Source: Penicillus capitatus
Lineage: Eukaryota; Plantae; Chlorophyta
Assembly (NCBI GenBank): GCA_965649825.1
Contig: OZ287705.1
Coordinates: forward strand, 124,001 to 188,000
DNA: 64,000 nucleotides
Direction of reading: 5' to 3'
Shown here: positions 46,621-58,327 of the stretch, piece after piece
Layout of the letters: the number at the start of each line of letters is the position of its first letter
How positions within the stretch are numbered: position 1 is the stretch's first letter
Made by a program: the position numbers and the translations under genes
The notes under the pieces: generated by a model
What the model was told of the DNA's origin: nothing
The model's input: only the letters and a program-made list of their open reading frames with translations
Databases searched by the model: none

Positions 46621-47705
46621 GCGCAAAAAATCTGCCTGTGGCCGAATGGCCTTCTGAGGTCAGCCAAGCACGCGTCGTTCCGAGGCGAACGTTTCACGGA
46701 CGGCACAGTGTTGCTCTCCGAAGATAGTATACAGCGCAGGAACCGCGTTTGAGCTGGAGAATCGTTTTATATCCTTAAGCCGAGAAATGACGATGTATGA
46801 CACGGCATGAGATAAGGCATGAAATAAGGATATGTAAACATGAGGCGATTCCTGCTCATATGCCTGCGGAGCAGCTGCGACAGAGTTAAACAGGTGAGAA
46901 GTTCCGCATGCCAGCTGCACAAAACGCAATAAGGCACGACACGTGGCGCCATGCCAATGCATCGGAGGTTGCCGCGTTTAGGACAGCGGATAGCACCAAT
47001 GATGCACATTGGCCTTTGTCTTGCCGTCTTCGTGGCGTTTCCGACCCGAATTCGTACGCAGAAGGACGAGAGTGGCTCGTGGAAAACAGCGAGCGCTGTG
47101 GATTGACCACGGCACATAAGCCATTACTTTATTCATTGAGTGTCCTCCTGTGGTTGCAGCTTTCTTAAGAAGCGCCGCGTGTTGTCGTTTTGAACGGACT
47201 TCGTCCGGGTTGATGTCGTGCACAGACCCATTGTCAGGTGCAGCGTTGTCGAGTTTGTCGCTTGGCACTTTCCAATCAGCTTCCTATGGACTCAGCAGGC
47301 AGAAAGTGAATCATTGATTTCGTCGGCGTCCGGCGACAGTACTTAAGATGGCGCAAGTGGCGAATCTCACTATCCGTGCACTCACTGACGAGACTTTCCT
47401 ACTTGCAAGCGCTATGAGGGTCGATCTTTCTTTCGATGTATTCCCACCAATCATCCGAAACCAGTCCTACGGCAAGTTCTTGTAAAGCCTCGTCAAATGC
47501 GTCACTATTTATCTCGCCTCAATTACGTCGAGCAACGCATGCGATTGTTGAGCGAGCAAGCAGAATCGTTCTAAGAGTTGATGTTTAATAGCTTCGATGC
47601 TAGTTACTTGGTTTGTTGTTCTCTATAAACTTGATCTGTTCTTTCTCTAACGATTGCCGATTCGTGTCAGACCCACCCGTTGCTAAAATCTAGTTTCATG
47701 ACAGC

Positions 47706-49040
47706 GGTAAATCTCAAAAGTCTTTCCGGCTAAAGGACAAGTCGTATGCAAGACAGCGGCGACGTCGAGTATTCATTCTGTTTTCGATACACGCTTTGCA
47801 GAAGGTGAAGGTATGCGAACACTTCTGCAGTACCAGGGATTTTCGTCGCGAGCAGCAGATGGTGTTGGTCACTGTGTTGCGCAGACTCTTCGTTTCTTGT
47901 ACTTGATGCACATTCGAATCTGTCAGCGTCCCCGATAGCAGTTTGCGCTTCAAGTCTGCAAATGCCTGTCACAGGCGATCGCGGATGAGGGAGACAGCTG
48001 ATCCGACAGAGAAGAAGCAATGTATTCACGTCGGCTTTCATCTGTGGCACCTGACGCGTTCGTCCAGGCAACTCTCGATTTCGCATCTCGGCTGCTCTTC
48101 GTTGCTCCTCTTTCGTATGTTCGGCTTCTTTAACTAGATGCTGCGACCCATTGTTCTCCTCTTCCGTATTCTCGTTGTACTGATGCGGAGCATCCAACTT
48201 CGCTCAGAGCTTTCGCATCTCATCCTTCGTCTGAATGCGCCGTCCGTCAATCCGATACGAGAGATTCCGCTGCACTTGCTTTAGTTAGCTTTCGCTTCGT
48301 TTCCTCGAGTCCACCTGCTTAATCTGATCGATTCTTTAGCAGCCGATGGCGTGCATCTCGCTGCATCTTGTGAGGATCTCCACATGCTCCGCGAATGACT
48401 TTGTTACTCCCAGGCGCGTCGAAGTCTGGAACAACACTCCATCTCGTACAGCTATCTAACTCGCTTCCCTTCACCTTCGCGTTCTTTCGTTTTAGATCCC
48501 CGATCATGTTGTCGTTCCGTCGCAGTTCCTTTCATGAGCTCTTCATTTTGAGCCTGGGACTTCGCGTAAGCTTGAGCTGTTTGCTACAGTCGCACATCTG
48601 TCACATCACCAGTCACCATGTGAACATCCTGCTCACACCGAATACTCCTTGAAGGTAGCCATTGAGTTGCTTCTGCTCTTCTAGTTCTCCTTCGCGGTTG
48701 TTGCTCGTGCGCTTCATCTCCTCCATCTCCACGTTCAGCTGGTTCGGCCGCTCCCTTAACTTTCATTCCTTCGCGAACTGTCCACTTCCTTCAGGTGTCT
48801 GCTGTCTTCGCACGTGATCTCCACTTCCTCCATGTTCATCTTCAGGGAGGAATTCGCACGCTCGGTGTTGCGGTCGCAGGCGATGGATTCTGCTTCCCCC
48901 GACCTGGCTTCCGACGCCTCGCTTCTCAGCCCCATCTGTGCGAATTCGGCTTTCTGAGCCCCGACTGTCTCCGACAGTTGCTTGTTCCGAATGTTCGGCA
49001 CTTTTACCCGCTGCTCAGCACCTTCGCTCATCGTCGATAG
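47706..49040 (-). pseudogene. BRE1/HUB1-like C-terminal fragment, copy 3
   Basis: Nearly identical to 24255-25560, with the same RING lesions and an end of SFSRKDF. It has 33 nt that copy 2 lacks. Confidence 0.72.
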
Positions 49041-49136
49041 AAACCCAGAAACGTCAGTCAAAAAAATCGAACGAATAATCAGCAGCAGATCACGTCCGAA
49101 CGTCACATCTGACGGAGGACGGTGGAAAGGCCCACG

Positions 49137-50822
49137 ATGCTCCGCTCTGTGCGAAACTACGCCAGCGTCGGGCGTTGGCTCTTCCGTTCGCGTTTCTTCA
49201 CCGTCCTGCCAACGCCTTTTGCCGACAAAGACGTCGCCCCGACCCGATCTGCTGTTTCGCCAGTCATTCCGCTTTACCCTACTTCACCCAGATGCCCATC
49301 CCACATGCCAAAACGCATTGACGCCAAGACGACGCTGTGCTGGACAGGCGCGATGCAACTTCGCGGATTGCATGCCGCTTCAGAGGGGCATCAAGAGGTC
49401 GACGATTTCCTGCACAAGAGAATCCGTCTACCCAAAACCCCTGCTGATTTTTTTAACACCATGGAACATTTAATGCGCACGCGCTCTTACTCTGACATCC
49501 CATATTTCTTCAAAAAGATGAAGACTGATGCCATCCCGATCGATAGGAAAACCTATATAACCGTCATGAAAGCTTACTCGCGAATGAGCAATGTCGACAT
49601 GGTGAAACAGCTTTTTGACGAAGCCGTGACGTCAGGGATGAAGCTAAACAAGTACATGTTCAATACCCTCATCTACGCCTATGCAAACACTGGCGATGTT
49701 CACGCTGCATTCGAGATTTTAGACCAGATGCAGAAGGACTATAAGATTCCGCCCGATCACGCGACATATCGTTCGCTGATCAGTGTCTGCAACAAAGGGA
49801 GAGATGTGGATCGTGCAAGAGAGACATTTGATGAAATGGTCCAGAAATTTGGAGACGTTGTGCGAGGGTTCAATGGTATGATGGAGGTCTATGCCGAAAA
49901 CGCCGACAGTGACACTGGTGAGGCGTACCTGGAGGAATGCAAGAAGTTAATGGCATCGATCAAATCGAAGCAGATCAAACCCCAAACGTTCACCTACCTG
50001 CCTCTGATCACACTGTCTGGCAAACTGGGACGGAGGGACGAAGCGCTGGGTTACCTGAAGGAGTCTGTCGGCAGCGAAGTGGAGGAACCCAATCTCGCCT
50101 CGTTTGATTACATCCTCCAATCGCTGGTGGATTTGGAGCTAACGGACGAGGAGGTTGAGAAGCATATCGTCTACTGTCTCGATCGTATGAAGGAGCTTGG
50201 GCTATGGCCAACCCATCTTACATTCGAAGGCATTTTACAGCTCTACGAGAAAAAGGGGGATCTGAACAAGGCGTTAAGATTCTTGAACAAATTGCCTACA
50301 AAGAACAGAGACGACATCGGCCGCAACGGAGGTACCTTTGCAGCGCAGTTCGATGCCATTCAGCGTCTGTGGGAGAGTGGTGCCTATACGCAGGAAGAAG
50401 CTCTGACGAAGGTATCCGAGGTGGTCGAAAAGATGAGGTCCTTGCGCGTCTTCTTGACGAACCGTGGCTACAAGACATGGTTTACCATGTGTCTCAAGGC
50501 ATCCGATGTGGAGCTGGCGCATGAGTGCTGGCACGATTTTACTGGACAGGATCGCTGGCCATCTGTCGGGATGACAGAGTCCCTGATTCGACTCTTATTG
50601 GATGATGATCGTTTGGACGATGCCGTGCAAGTGATGAAAAAGGCTGTGCAGAGGAATAGAAAGATTGCACCTGACCAAGGTGCGTATGAGGCAGTGTTGG
50701 CACAGTGTGCTGCGAAGGGCGACGCGAAGAACGCGAAGATCGTTTATAAATACATGAAGAAAGCGAGAGTGAGACCGAGTAGAACGGTTTACAAATACTT
50801 GAGAGCTTTGGAGCTGGATTGA
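49137..50822 (+). CDS. Intronless PPR protein, 561 aa from the ATG (copy 3)
   Basis: Paralogue of copies 1 and 2 with the same motif series. Confidence 0.93.
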   Translation: MLRSVRNYASVGRWLFRSRFFTVLPTPFADKDVAPTRSAVSPVIPLYPTSPRCPSHMPKRIDAKTTLCWTGAMQLRGLHAASEGHQEVDDFLHKRIRLPKTPADFFNTMEHLMRTRSYSDIPYFFKKMKTDAIPIDRKTYITVMKAYSRMSNVDMVKQLFDEAVTSGMKLNKYMFNTLIYAYANTGDVHAAFEILDQMQKDYKIPPDHATYRSLISVCNKGRDVDRARETFDEMVQKFGDVVRGFNGMMEVYAENADSDTGEAYLEECKKLMASIKSKQIKPQTFTYLPLITLSGKLGRRDEALGYLKESVGSEVEEPNLASFDYILQSLVDLELTDEEVEKHIVYCLDRMKELGLWPTHLTFEGILQLYEKKGDLNKALRFLNKLPTKNRDDIGRNGGTFAAQFDAIQRLWESGAYTQEEALTKVSEVVEKMRSLRVFLTNRGYKTWFTMCLKASDVELAHECWHDFTGQDRWPSVGMTESLIRLLLDDDRLDDAVQVMKKAVQRNRKIAPDQGAYEAVLAQCAAKGDAKNAKIVYKYMKKARVRPSRTVYKYLRALELD

Positions 50823-51039
50823 GATGATCTGTTTTGGCCGATGTTGCAAAAGAGTGACATTTTAACGCAGGGAAAAGTTAATGTATCGCGTTTGTTGCCG
50901 CACGTTTCGTTACCCTTGAAGATTCATCCGTGTCCAAATCCGACGCATTTCAAAGCAATGACGTATATGAAGCATGCGTCTAAAGCGAGCGGAGCTTTCT
51001 CCGTCGGTCAGGTGTTCGTCCAAGACGACGTTGATGTCC

Positions 51040-51250
51040 GCGCAGAGAATAGGAATACGCAAGTGCTGTGGTAAACATTGCGCTGCGAAGACAACGCGAC
51101 GCTCGAGACGCCTCAGACGGAGCGGATGTCGACATAGAAACCGCTGGAGAGGGCGCCGTCATCGCTGATCGGTAAGAAACGTTTCATCATCTGCACGCCG
51201 TTCACTGTAGACGTGTCAGACAGCCATCCTTCATCGAATCTACACACAAT
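51040..51250 (+). pseudogene. Short pseudokinase 5' relic downstream of PPR copy 3
   Basis: aggaatacg..gtggtaaacattgcgctgcgaagac and catctgcacgccgttcactgta match 28000-28160 and 30430-30580; it contains stops. Confidence 0.6.
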
Positions 51251-52054
51251 GATGCGGAATCGACGATGCCGACGCTTCGCGGTTGGTCTTGACAAGCGCC
51301 GGCTTCCAATCTGTCGGACAACTTTGCTGTCGCTCTAGTACGAATAGCACCCACACCATCGCGCATCGCATTCGCGACACGTAGATACATTGACATGGCG
51401 TCCACCATGGGGCTTTACCGTTCTCTTACCCGCCGTGTCTCTTTGCTCTAACGTCGTTTCATCGGCCGACTGAATCCGCAGATCCGTCTGTCAGGCATTC
51501 ACCCCTGCGATTACCGTAGCGGATAATTGGCCATCTATCTGATTCCTTTTCCTGCAAGTGGTCTTTACACAGTGACAAAGGGAAACTGAGTTCTAGCTTA
51601 CAATGTTGGTGGTCGGCGTTTGTCTAGATGTCACAGTTGGAATACATTTGAGGCTCGGACAGGTGTCTGTCCTTTACCTAGAAGTCGACAATCTTACCCC
51701 CCCGCGTCAAAAGGCTCTTCGACAATGTTGTCCCCCGTACGTCAAGAGGTTCTTCATCTCTATGGTGACTTAGCTACGAAACAAGCACCTACCATTTATA
51801 CTGAACACAATATGTGACGCGCTATCAGATAGTTTACTCCTGGGCGTTCGTAATGGGAGGACGGATACCGTGAACCGTCCTTTATTGTTAATGAATTTGA
51901 TGACTTCGGTTGAAATGAAATGAATGGTATTGAGGAGGACAGACATATAGACGATCTGTCTGACCAGGAAACCGAATGACGGTTAGTGTTGAAGCGTTTC
52001 GTGATGTGTCTGTGTTCGAGTACTCCAGAGTAGCAACCGCTTGAGACGGATGGC

Positions 52055-53940
52055 TCAGGCATTTATGTTGTGCGCCGCCTGATTCTCGAACATCTTCAAA
52101 AAGCGATGAAGTCGCAATCGAGCGCGAGCATGCACGATTTTGCAGTAGATGGTATGAGACATCTCGATTTCTCGCAAAATCGGAGCGCTGAACAAAACTC
52201 GAAGGTTCACGGTCAGTGCGACATACTTGCGATCTGTGAGTCCAAAGTAAGGCGAGATGACATGCATTTTCTTCGACAGGAATCTGGAAGGCTGCAGAAA
52301 AGCCATGACTTCAGTGGTCTTTCCCTGGCGGCGCTGGACCGTCTCCAGCTCGACGCCATCTTCATCCACCAGCTCGACGGTGCACCGCACGATGCGTTCG
52401 ATCGCGACGGGCGATTGTTGATCCAGTGTGATGCGGAGCGTCAGCCGGGCGTCGTGTTCGAGGCGCAGAATGTGGACGGGATGCTCCGGCAAGAAATCAT
52501 CATAGAATCGCAGCACCTCTTGGGTGTCTCTCAGATGAAAGGGCGACGAAGGGTTGCTCGATTTCAGAAAACACGCCACGTGCGATGTCAGCGAGATATG
52601 GTTATTGACGATCAACCGCCACGCCCATTGTGGCACACTTGAGAGCTGGGCATCGGGTTGTCCCTGCGAGCAGGTCCATGATCGGGAGGGAGCGCATTGC
52701 GTGACGTACCGAATCGAACGGGATGTTATCTTTGTGATCGATGTTCGCTGCGATCGATACGAAGATCCTATCAGCGAGGGCCTGGACGGCTGTGGGTCTT
52801 GCGTTCGGCGCCGTCGTGATCAGGCTCTGAACGAAACGTAGTATCTGCTCTTCGTCGCTAAATGCCGTTCTATAGCGTCCATCGGCGGAATCTGGCAGGT
52901 TTAGAATCTGGCGTCGGCGACAGATCTCCGCACGTCGTACTCCGATCCAGCTTTGCAGCTGAAGGGCATCGCGAACGGTAGAACCTAAACGGCAGCAAGG
53001 GATTGTCGATGAGCGAAGCAAGGGATGCGACGTTCGGTACAGGTGAGGAGTTCGAAAGCAATGATACCCAAAGACCACATATCGGCGGCGGGGTCGAGCT
53101 GGATGCGTGCTTGGCTGTGTTGGATGGCCTGTGCGATTTCCGGAGCGAAGTAACGGTTCGGGAGGCAAGAGGCGGATCTCCATTTCTCCACACACGGTTT
53201 ATGCTCTAAATCCACAAATCTCCAACAGACGTCCGAGGAATGCCGCACAAAGCTCGAAGGCGCTAAGGAACCATGGGTCATGCTCCTCTCGTGCAAGCTC
53301 TTCACGAGTTCACCGATCTGCGACATCGACCCCGGCGTCGGAGGCAGAACAACAATCAACGGTATCCCTACTTCATAAAGGACGCTACATCGTTGCGAAA
53401 AACTCGTACGATAGTCGTTCATAAAATGTTGCAGAGTACAGCTTTCTGTTGCGAGTATCTGGTCCAGAGATGACGTCTCGTCATTGTTTACCGCATCCGT
53501 GTCCCTAGGCAGATCGATCTTCACCAAATGCGACGGACTTATGCTGCTTTGTTACATCGACGGACGCGTTCGAGTGTGTTCAGGCGATATGGAGGAAGGG
53601 CACACCTGCTGCGATGCATTCAAGGCGGCGGTGTCGAACTGTTGGCGAACAGCATCCGATAACGGTTCGTCTGCGGATAGGTAGAGACTATCTCTACTGG
53701 CAGGGGCTTGGTCTTCTTGCTGGGATGAGGCGAAGGATGCGTGGTATGGGTGCAAGGTCGATGACGGCGACAGGCCGCTCTGGCGTTTATCCGATGTGTT
53801 TTGAGAAAAATCAACAGGCTGTTCGTGCCCGTCTGTTTTTCTCAAGTAGACCACAGACCGACGCATGTCCGGCGTCGGAGACTGCATTCCGGCAATACGG
53901 GGCAGTCGAAGGCCGTTCGCTGTCCTCTGGCCACGCAACG
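52055..53940 (-). CDS. Pseudokinase K52 (most diverged) with C-terminal DUF3694-like beta-domain (5' end uncertain)
   Basis: HGSLAPSSFV, WRFVDLE, RYFAPEI, DMWSLGIIAFELLT|, PFHLRDTQEVLRFYDDFLPEHPVHIL...SPYFGLTDRKYVAL...IYCKI. Confidence 0.75.
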
Positions 53941-56371
53941 CGATGTCGCTTGGTGTGCTTCTGGAAAACGCATTTCGTCGCGCGGCGGCCGACGCGCTTC
54001 CTTTACCATTGGCGTCTGTCCTTCGGCCGCTATCTGCCGTGCGTTAACGCTTTCTTATATTCGACGGTTGCAGAACGGGAAAGGCATTACCTGATACGTG
54101 GCGGGCAGGAGTCATGTGCGCACGGTTTACTGCTTAAGTTTTGGGCACTAGAGACACGCGTTACGATTAAGAACGGGAGCGCTTCAAGGTTTTTAGGCCG
54201 TTACCGTTCAATTGAGAATGGGCTTCTGGTGCCTTAAGGGTCCTGTGGGAGGAACCTTAAGAAGGCCAGGAGGTGGTCTTCAAAATCAGGGGGTCGGAAA
54301 GGAAGCGCTCTTCGGGCAAGTGGTCCGCCCGTGTGACAGTTAATGGAATATTCCTCACAAAAGGAACCAAAGGTGATGCGTTCAGGAACAAGTAAGGAGA
54401 CGCGGTGCGAATAAGAAATATGACAAATGGCTGAAGTGGGGCAGCGCTTAAAGGTGGTGGCGGTTTTGCGTCGAACCGTTTATTCAATAAGGTGAACCTT
54501 GCGTGCAGTTCTCTGAAGAGTCATGGATGGCGGCAGTTTCTCCGACGGTCGGGTGACGGGTGCGAAGATTATTCAATTGCAATTCTGATGGTTCAAGCAG
54601 CTGACTCTTATGATACCATCCTTACTAACGTTTACTCATATAAAGCAGACGAATAAGTGCATTAAAGACGTAACCGGTCAAACTATCTGGCCTGGTTGTA
54701 TGCCCTGACCACCAATGTGGACCGACGCTTTGGGTGGATTGCTGACACGGGTCTGTCTCTAAGAGGGCCCTCATAAGAAGCAACGACGTTTTAAGTCTTT
54801 TCTCATAAAGACCGCGAATGAACGTATAGCAGAATAAACCGTAGAACGCTGCTAAGGAAACCATGCGTGCATCTCAGTTCTTTAGCGCAGACGACGTGAC
54901 GAGCGGCTTTGATACGACGGACATCATCGCCTGCCTTCCATTCGGCAAGATACGGCGTATGCGTGTAAGTAAGTCTGTTTGCTTGAGGTCGTTGTCTGCA
55001 ACGGACAGCAGCGTTAGCCACGCATCCATCGCCAACTGTTTCAACCTCTACGCTTCAGATATCCAGCAATGCCTAAGCGACAACGTCGCGTCGAGGCAGT
55101 CTTCTTCCTTAATGGTCCCTTCGTTTGACTTGGGCGACGCGTTTCTGGAAGCAGACGTCTCAGAAATGCAAGACACAGACGCTCACTTCATGTCCTGTCA
55201 GCCATCGACCGACAAAGCACGTTTAACACCCGTTAAATGCTAACGTGCTGCCAAGGTTGACAGACATTCGTGACAGGCAGGCAACAAAGAGAGAGATGGG
55301 TTTGGTCTGTGTCTTCATCGATCGGACGAACGGCCGCTGGAGTCGCAAGAGTGAAGAAATCTGCACGTGTGCACTCTGTCCTGTCCCACAAGGAATGCAC
55401 TCGACATCCACGGCTCCCCTGTTTATCTCATCTTCCTGTGCGTTCTTTGAACATAGTCAACAGAATTCAGTCAAAACAGGCTCAGTCTCTGTAAGCCCGT
55501 CGACTTCCTCAGCTTCAGTTGGGGTCCATAACAACACGCTGTGCTGCAGCGACTGCCTCGCGACGCCGTCAGGCTTCCTGTAAAGATAAGAAGTTATACG
55601 CCGCACAAAGGAAGCGTGACAGGGATGCTTGTGTCGATACGTCGACGGTATCTGCCTCTCCCTAGTCGTCGCGCTGAGAGCCCAACGGCTTTCCTTATGC
55701 CATTCAAATCGTATCCCAACTTCCTACTGATCACATGGAATCAGCAGGCATCCATGGCGGCAACGCGTCCGTCCAGTAAAGCGGTTGAACGCAGTAGGTT
55801 GTGTGGACGAATACATTCAACGTCTTGTTACGTGACTAGCCAGTCCGTCGTCACGTGTTGCTCTTTTGTTTTTCTCGTACAGCTGTCCTATATCTTCGCC
55901 GTATAGGAGTCTCGAGTGGAGAGTCGGGAGGAGGGCGCATATCCTGGACCTATTGCTTTGCACTGGTTCATTTTCCCCGAACAGACACCAGCCGCTGACA
56001 AGACTGACGACAAAAGACGAACAATAAGAGAGATGGGCACGACACGGAACACTTTGCCACCAACAAACGAACCGCACGTCGGTGTACAGCAAGGTAAGCA
56101 TGTGACACACGGTTGAGTGTGGGGTCAGGTCGAACCACGTACGTCGTTTGAGTCCGCCCATGGCGTTGCTTCTGTCACAACTCTCGTTTTTAACGCGAAC
56201 GGGAATTCCATTCGTCAACAGTGCCTCAAGGTTACGTGGCATTGTCGTACATACTGAAGGCTTCAGTGGAGACGACGTTCGGAGTGGGCTCTCCGTCGAT
56301 GGCACCCAAGCAGCGTCTCCCGTGCCGTCCTTGCAAGATCCAGAAAGTACATCCGAAGTAAGACCATCCAC

Positions 56372-57006
56372 CTGTCGCGCCGTTCAGTCCATTCCACTTG
56401 CTAGAAACTGAGAAGGTCTTGTGGATGAGAGATGACTGCCAGCCGAATGAGAAGATCCACGTGCTGAAACTCAACGAGAAATATCTCCCGTGCATTGCGT
56501 TGCCAGATGTGTTGGACACTTCGTTCGTGATTGACAGCGTGAGAATGAAAGCTCCAGGCAATCTGCCTGTTGACTCGAAAGGAAAAACAGCCGTGTGAGA
56601 GAACGGGAATTGTGAAGGGGTAGCCCTTCTGGAACCGTCTAACTGCCAATCGCCAGCATTGCCTGAGCGATCTCGGATGTCTGGCGGCGTTGGGGAGAGG
56701 TATCCAGCATTGAACATGATTGTTAGACTCCAGAGAGATCAGGCAGTACATGAGCAGTCTTACCCAGTGGACGCCAAACGTCAGATCTACTGCAGAATGG
56801 CTGTGGTCCGCGTACATTTTTCTTCGAGAGCTTGGGACGGATGGCCCGGCGGAAATGGGAATCGCTTCCGCAGTTTATCAGAATGGGCTTCACAATCGCT
56901 TGTTTTTAGGACTGGCTGTCGGCAAGGCTTTCATCTGCTCCAAGATTGTGCCGTAAACACCCCATCGATTGCCAACGAGTTCCTTCCGCGGTCATGTCTC
57001 AAGTAA
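56372..57006 (+). pseudogene. Seventh, diverged copy of the DUF3694-like beta-domain with one in-frame TGA (56596-56598)
   Basis: PFHLLETEKVLWMRDDCQPNEKIHVL...AV*ENGNCEGVALLEPS...GVGERYPAL...IYCRM reads through in a single frame. Confidence 0.75.
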
Positions 57007-58327
57007 ACCTCACGCAACGAAAAAAGAACAGAGCACGTAAGTGCCCATTAAACTTTAATTGCCTTAGACACCACAACGCGTTCTTTTACCATACTCCCGT
57101 CAAAAGGACAAAGTGTTTTTGAAGAACATAACGAACATGACAGATTTCTCTGCAGATATGTATCCGCCTTATTCTTCATATTTTTCCGCATACGAATGTC
57201 TACATCCCAGGAGGTGCTGTTTATCGAAAGGTGCTCTGTGAACACGCAACACAAGCAAACATAGAATGCACTCGCGGCAAGATCTGATTCTTTCAAGCCG
57301 ATGCGTCAAAAGCAATGTCTTCTTTCGATTCTAATTCTGTTCTATCTGTTGGCGATATCGCGAACTGCGTTGTTCTGTACGGCCCAGTTGCGGCATACCT
57401 GTCTCTATTTTGTTTGTCTTTGTTGCGATGTACTATACGCGATGTTTCTTGTGCGTTAAAGATTCGATAAGTCGGCATTCTGTTTACGTTGGGCTGCATT
57501 AACGTTTGCATGGTTGTAAGAGAGCGTTAATAGCGACGTGTCGTCGTGTAACAGTCTGGGGATTTCTCATGTCAGAGGCAGCCGTCATACAAGACCGTCT
57601 CTGTCGGGGCCATTCGATGGCCGCTTCGCCGTCCCTTGTCGTTTGTCGCGCAGCTCACGCAAGGCAAATGCATCCATCCTGACACGACTTCTGTCACTTC
57701 GCTGTCCTCAACAGGTGCAGAAAGACAGACAGAACACGTTCATTCTTTTCGTCTGCCTCTCGCGAATTCGCCATATATTTTAAACGTCGTGTCTTCTGTT
57801 CAACAGTCATCTTTTCTCGCCATACTACTGAGAAGAGGATGCAACGAATAAACTGGTGGAAGGCGCGTCATATACGAATGCCCCAGGACTGACGGTGCGT
57901 CCTCCTCCACAATTGACAGGAGAAATGAAGGCGACAGACTCACGTCATGGATGACCACATTCTGACAAGTACAAAGCACCTTCGTTTTTTCGCCGTTCCT
58001 TTCTCAAACCCAATGAAACGCTATGATGATAGAATTTATGTGGAATGTGGAAATTGCTTTAAATCCCGACCAGTCATTTGGCCGCAAACAAACGGATTTC
58101 TATTTTGCACAGTGTCTAGTACGCGACGCGTACCCCAGAGATTCGAACGCATCAACATTCGTTTTTGTACACGCACGGCCGGCAGTTTTGGTTGACTCCG
58201 TGCGTCCTGCAGTCTTCATTGACTCCGTTTCAGCGAAATTAAACGCATCCGGTTCTCAACAAACACACACGCTTCTTGAGTGACAACACGGCTCTGGTTG
58301 TCGCTAGGCAGGCGGTTGAGCTTTCTC

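Noticed and set aside
54228-54264. 11-bp hairpin CTTAAGGGTCC/GGAACCTTAAG as a Helitron end
   Set aside because: No CTRR terminus follows, and there is no second copy or matching 5' end.
55730-55790. HMESAGIHGGN as a relic kinase catalytic loop upstream of the 56.4-kb domain
   Set aside because: Neighbouring kinase motifs are not recoverable; could be chance.
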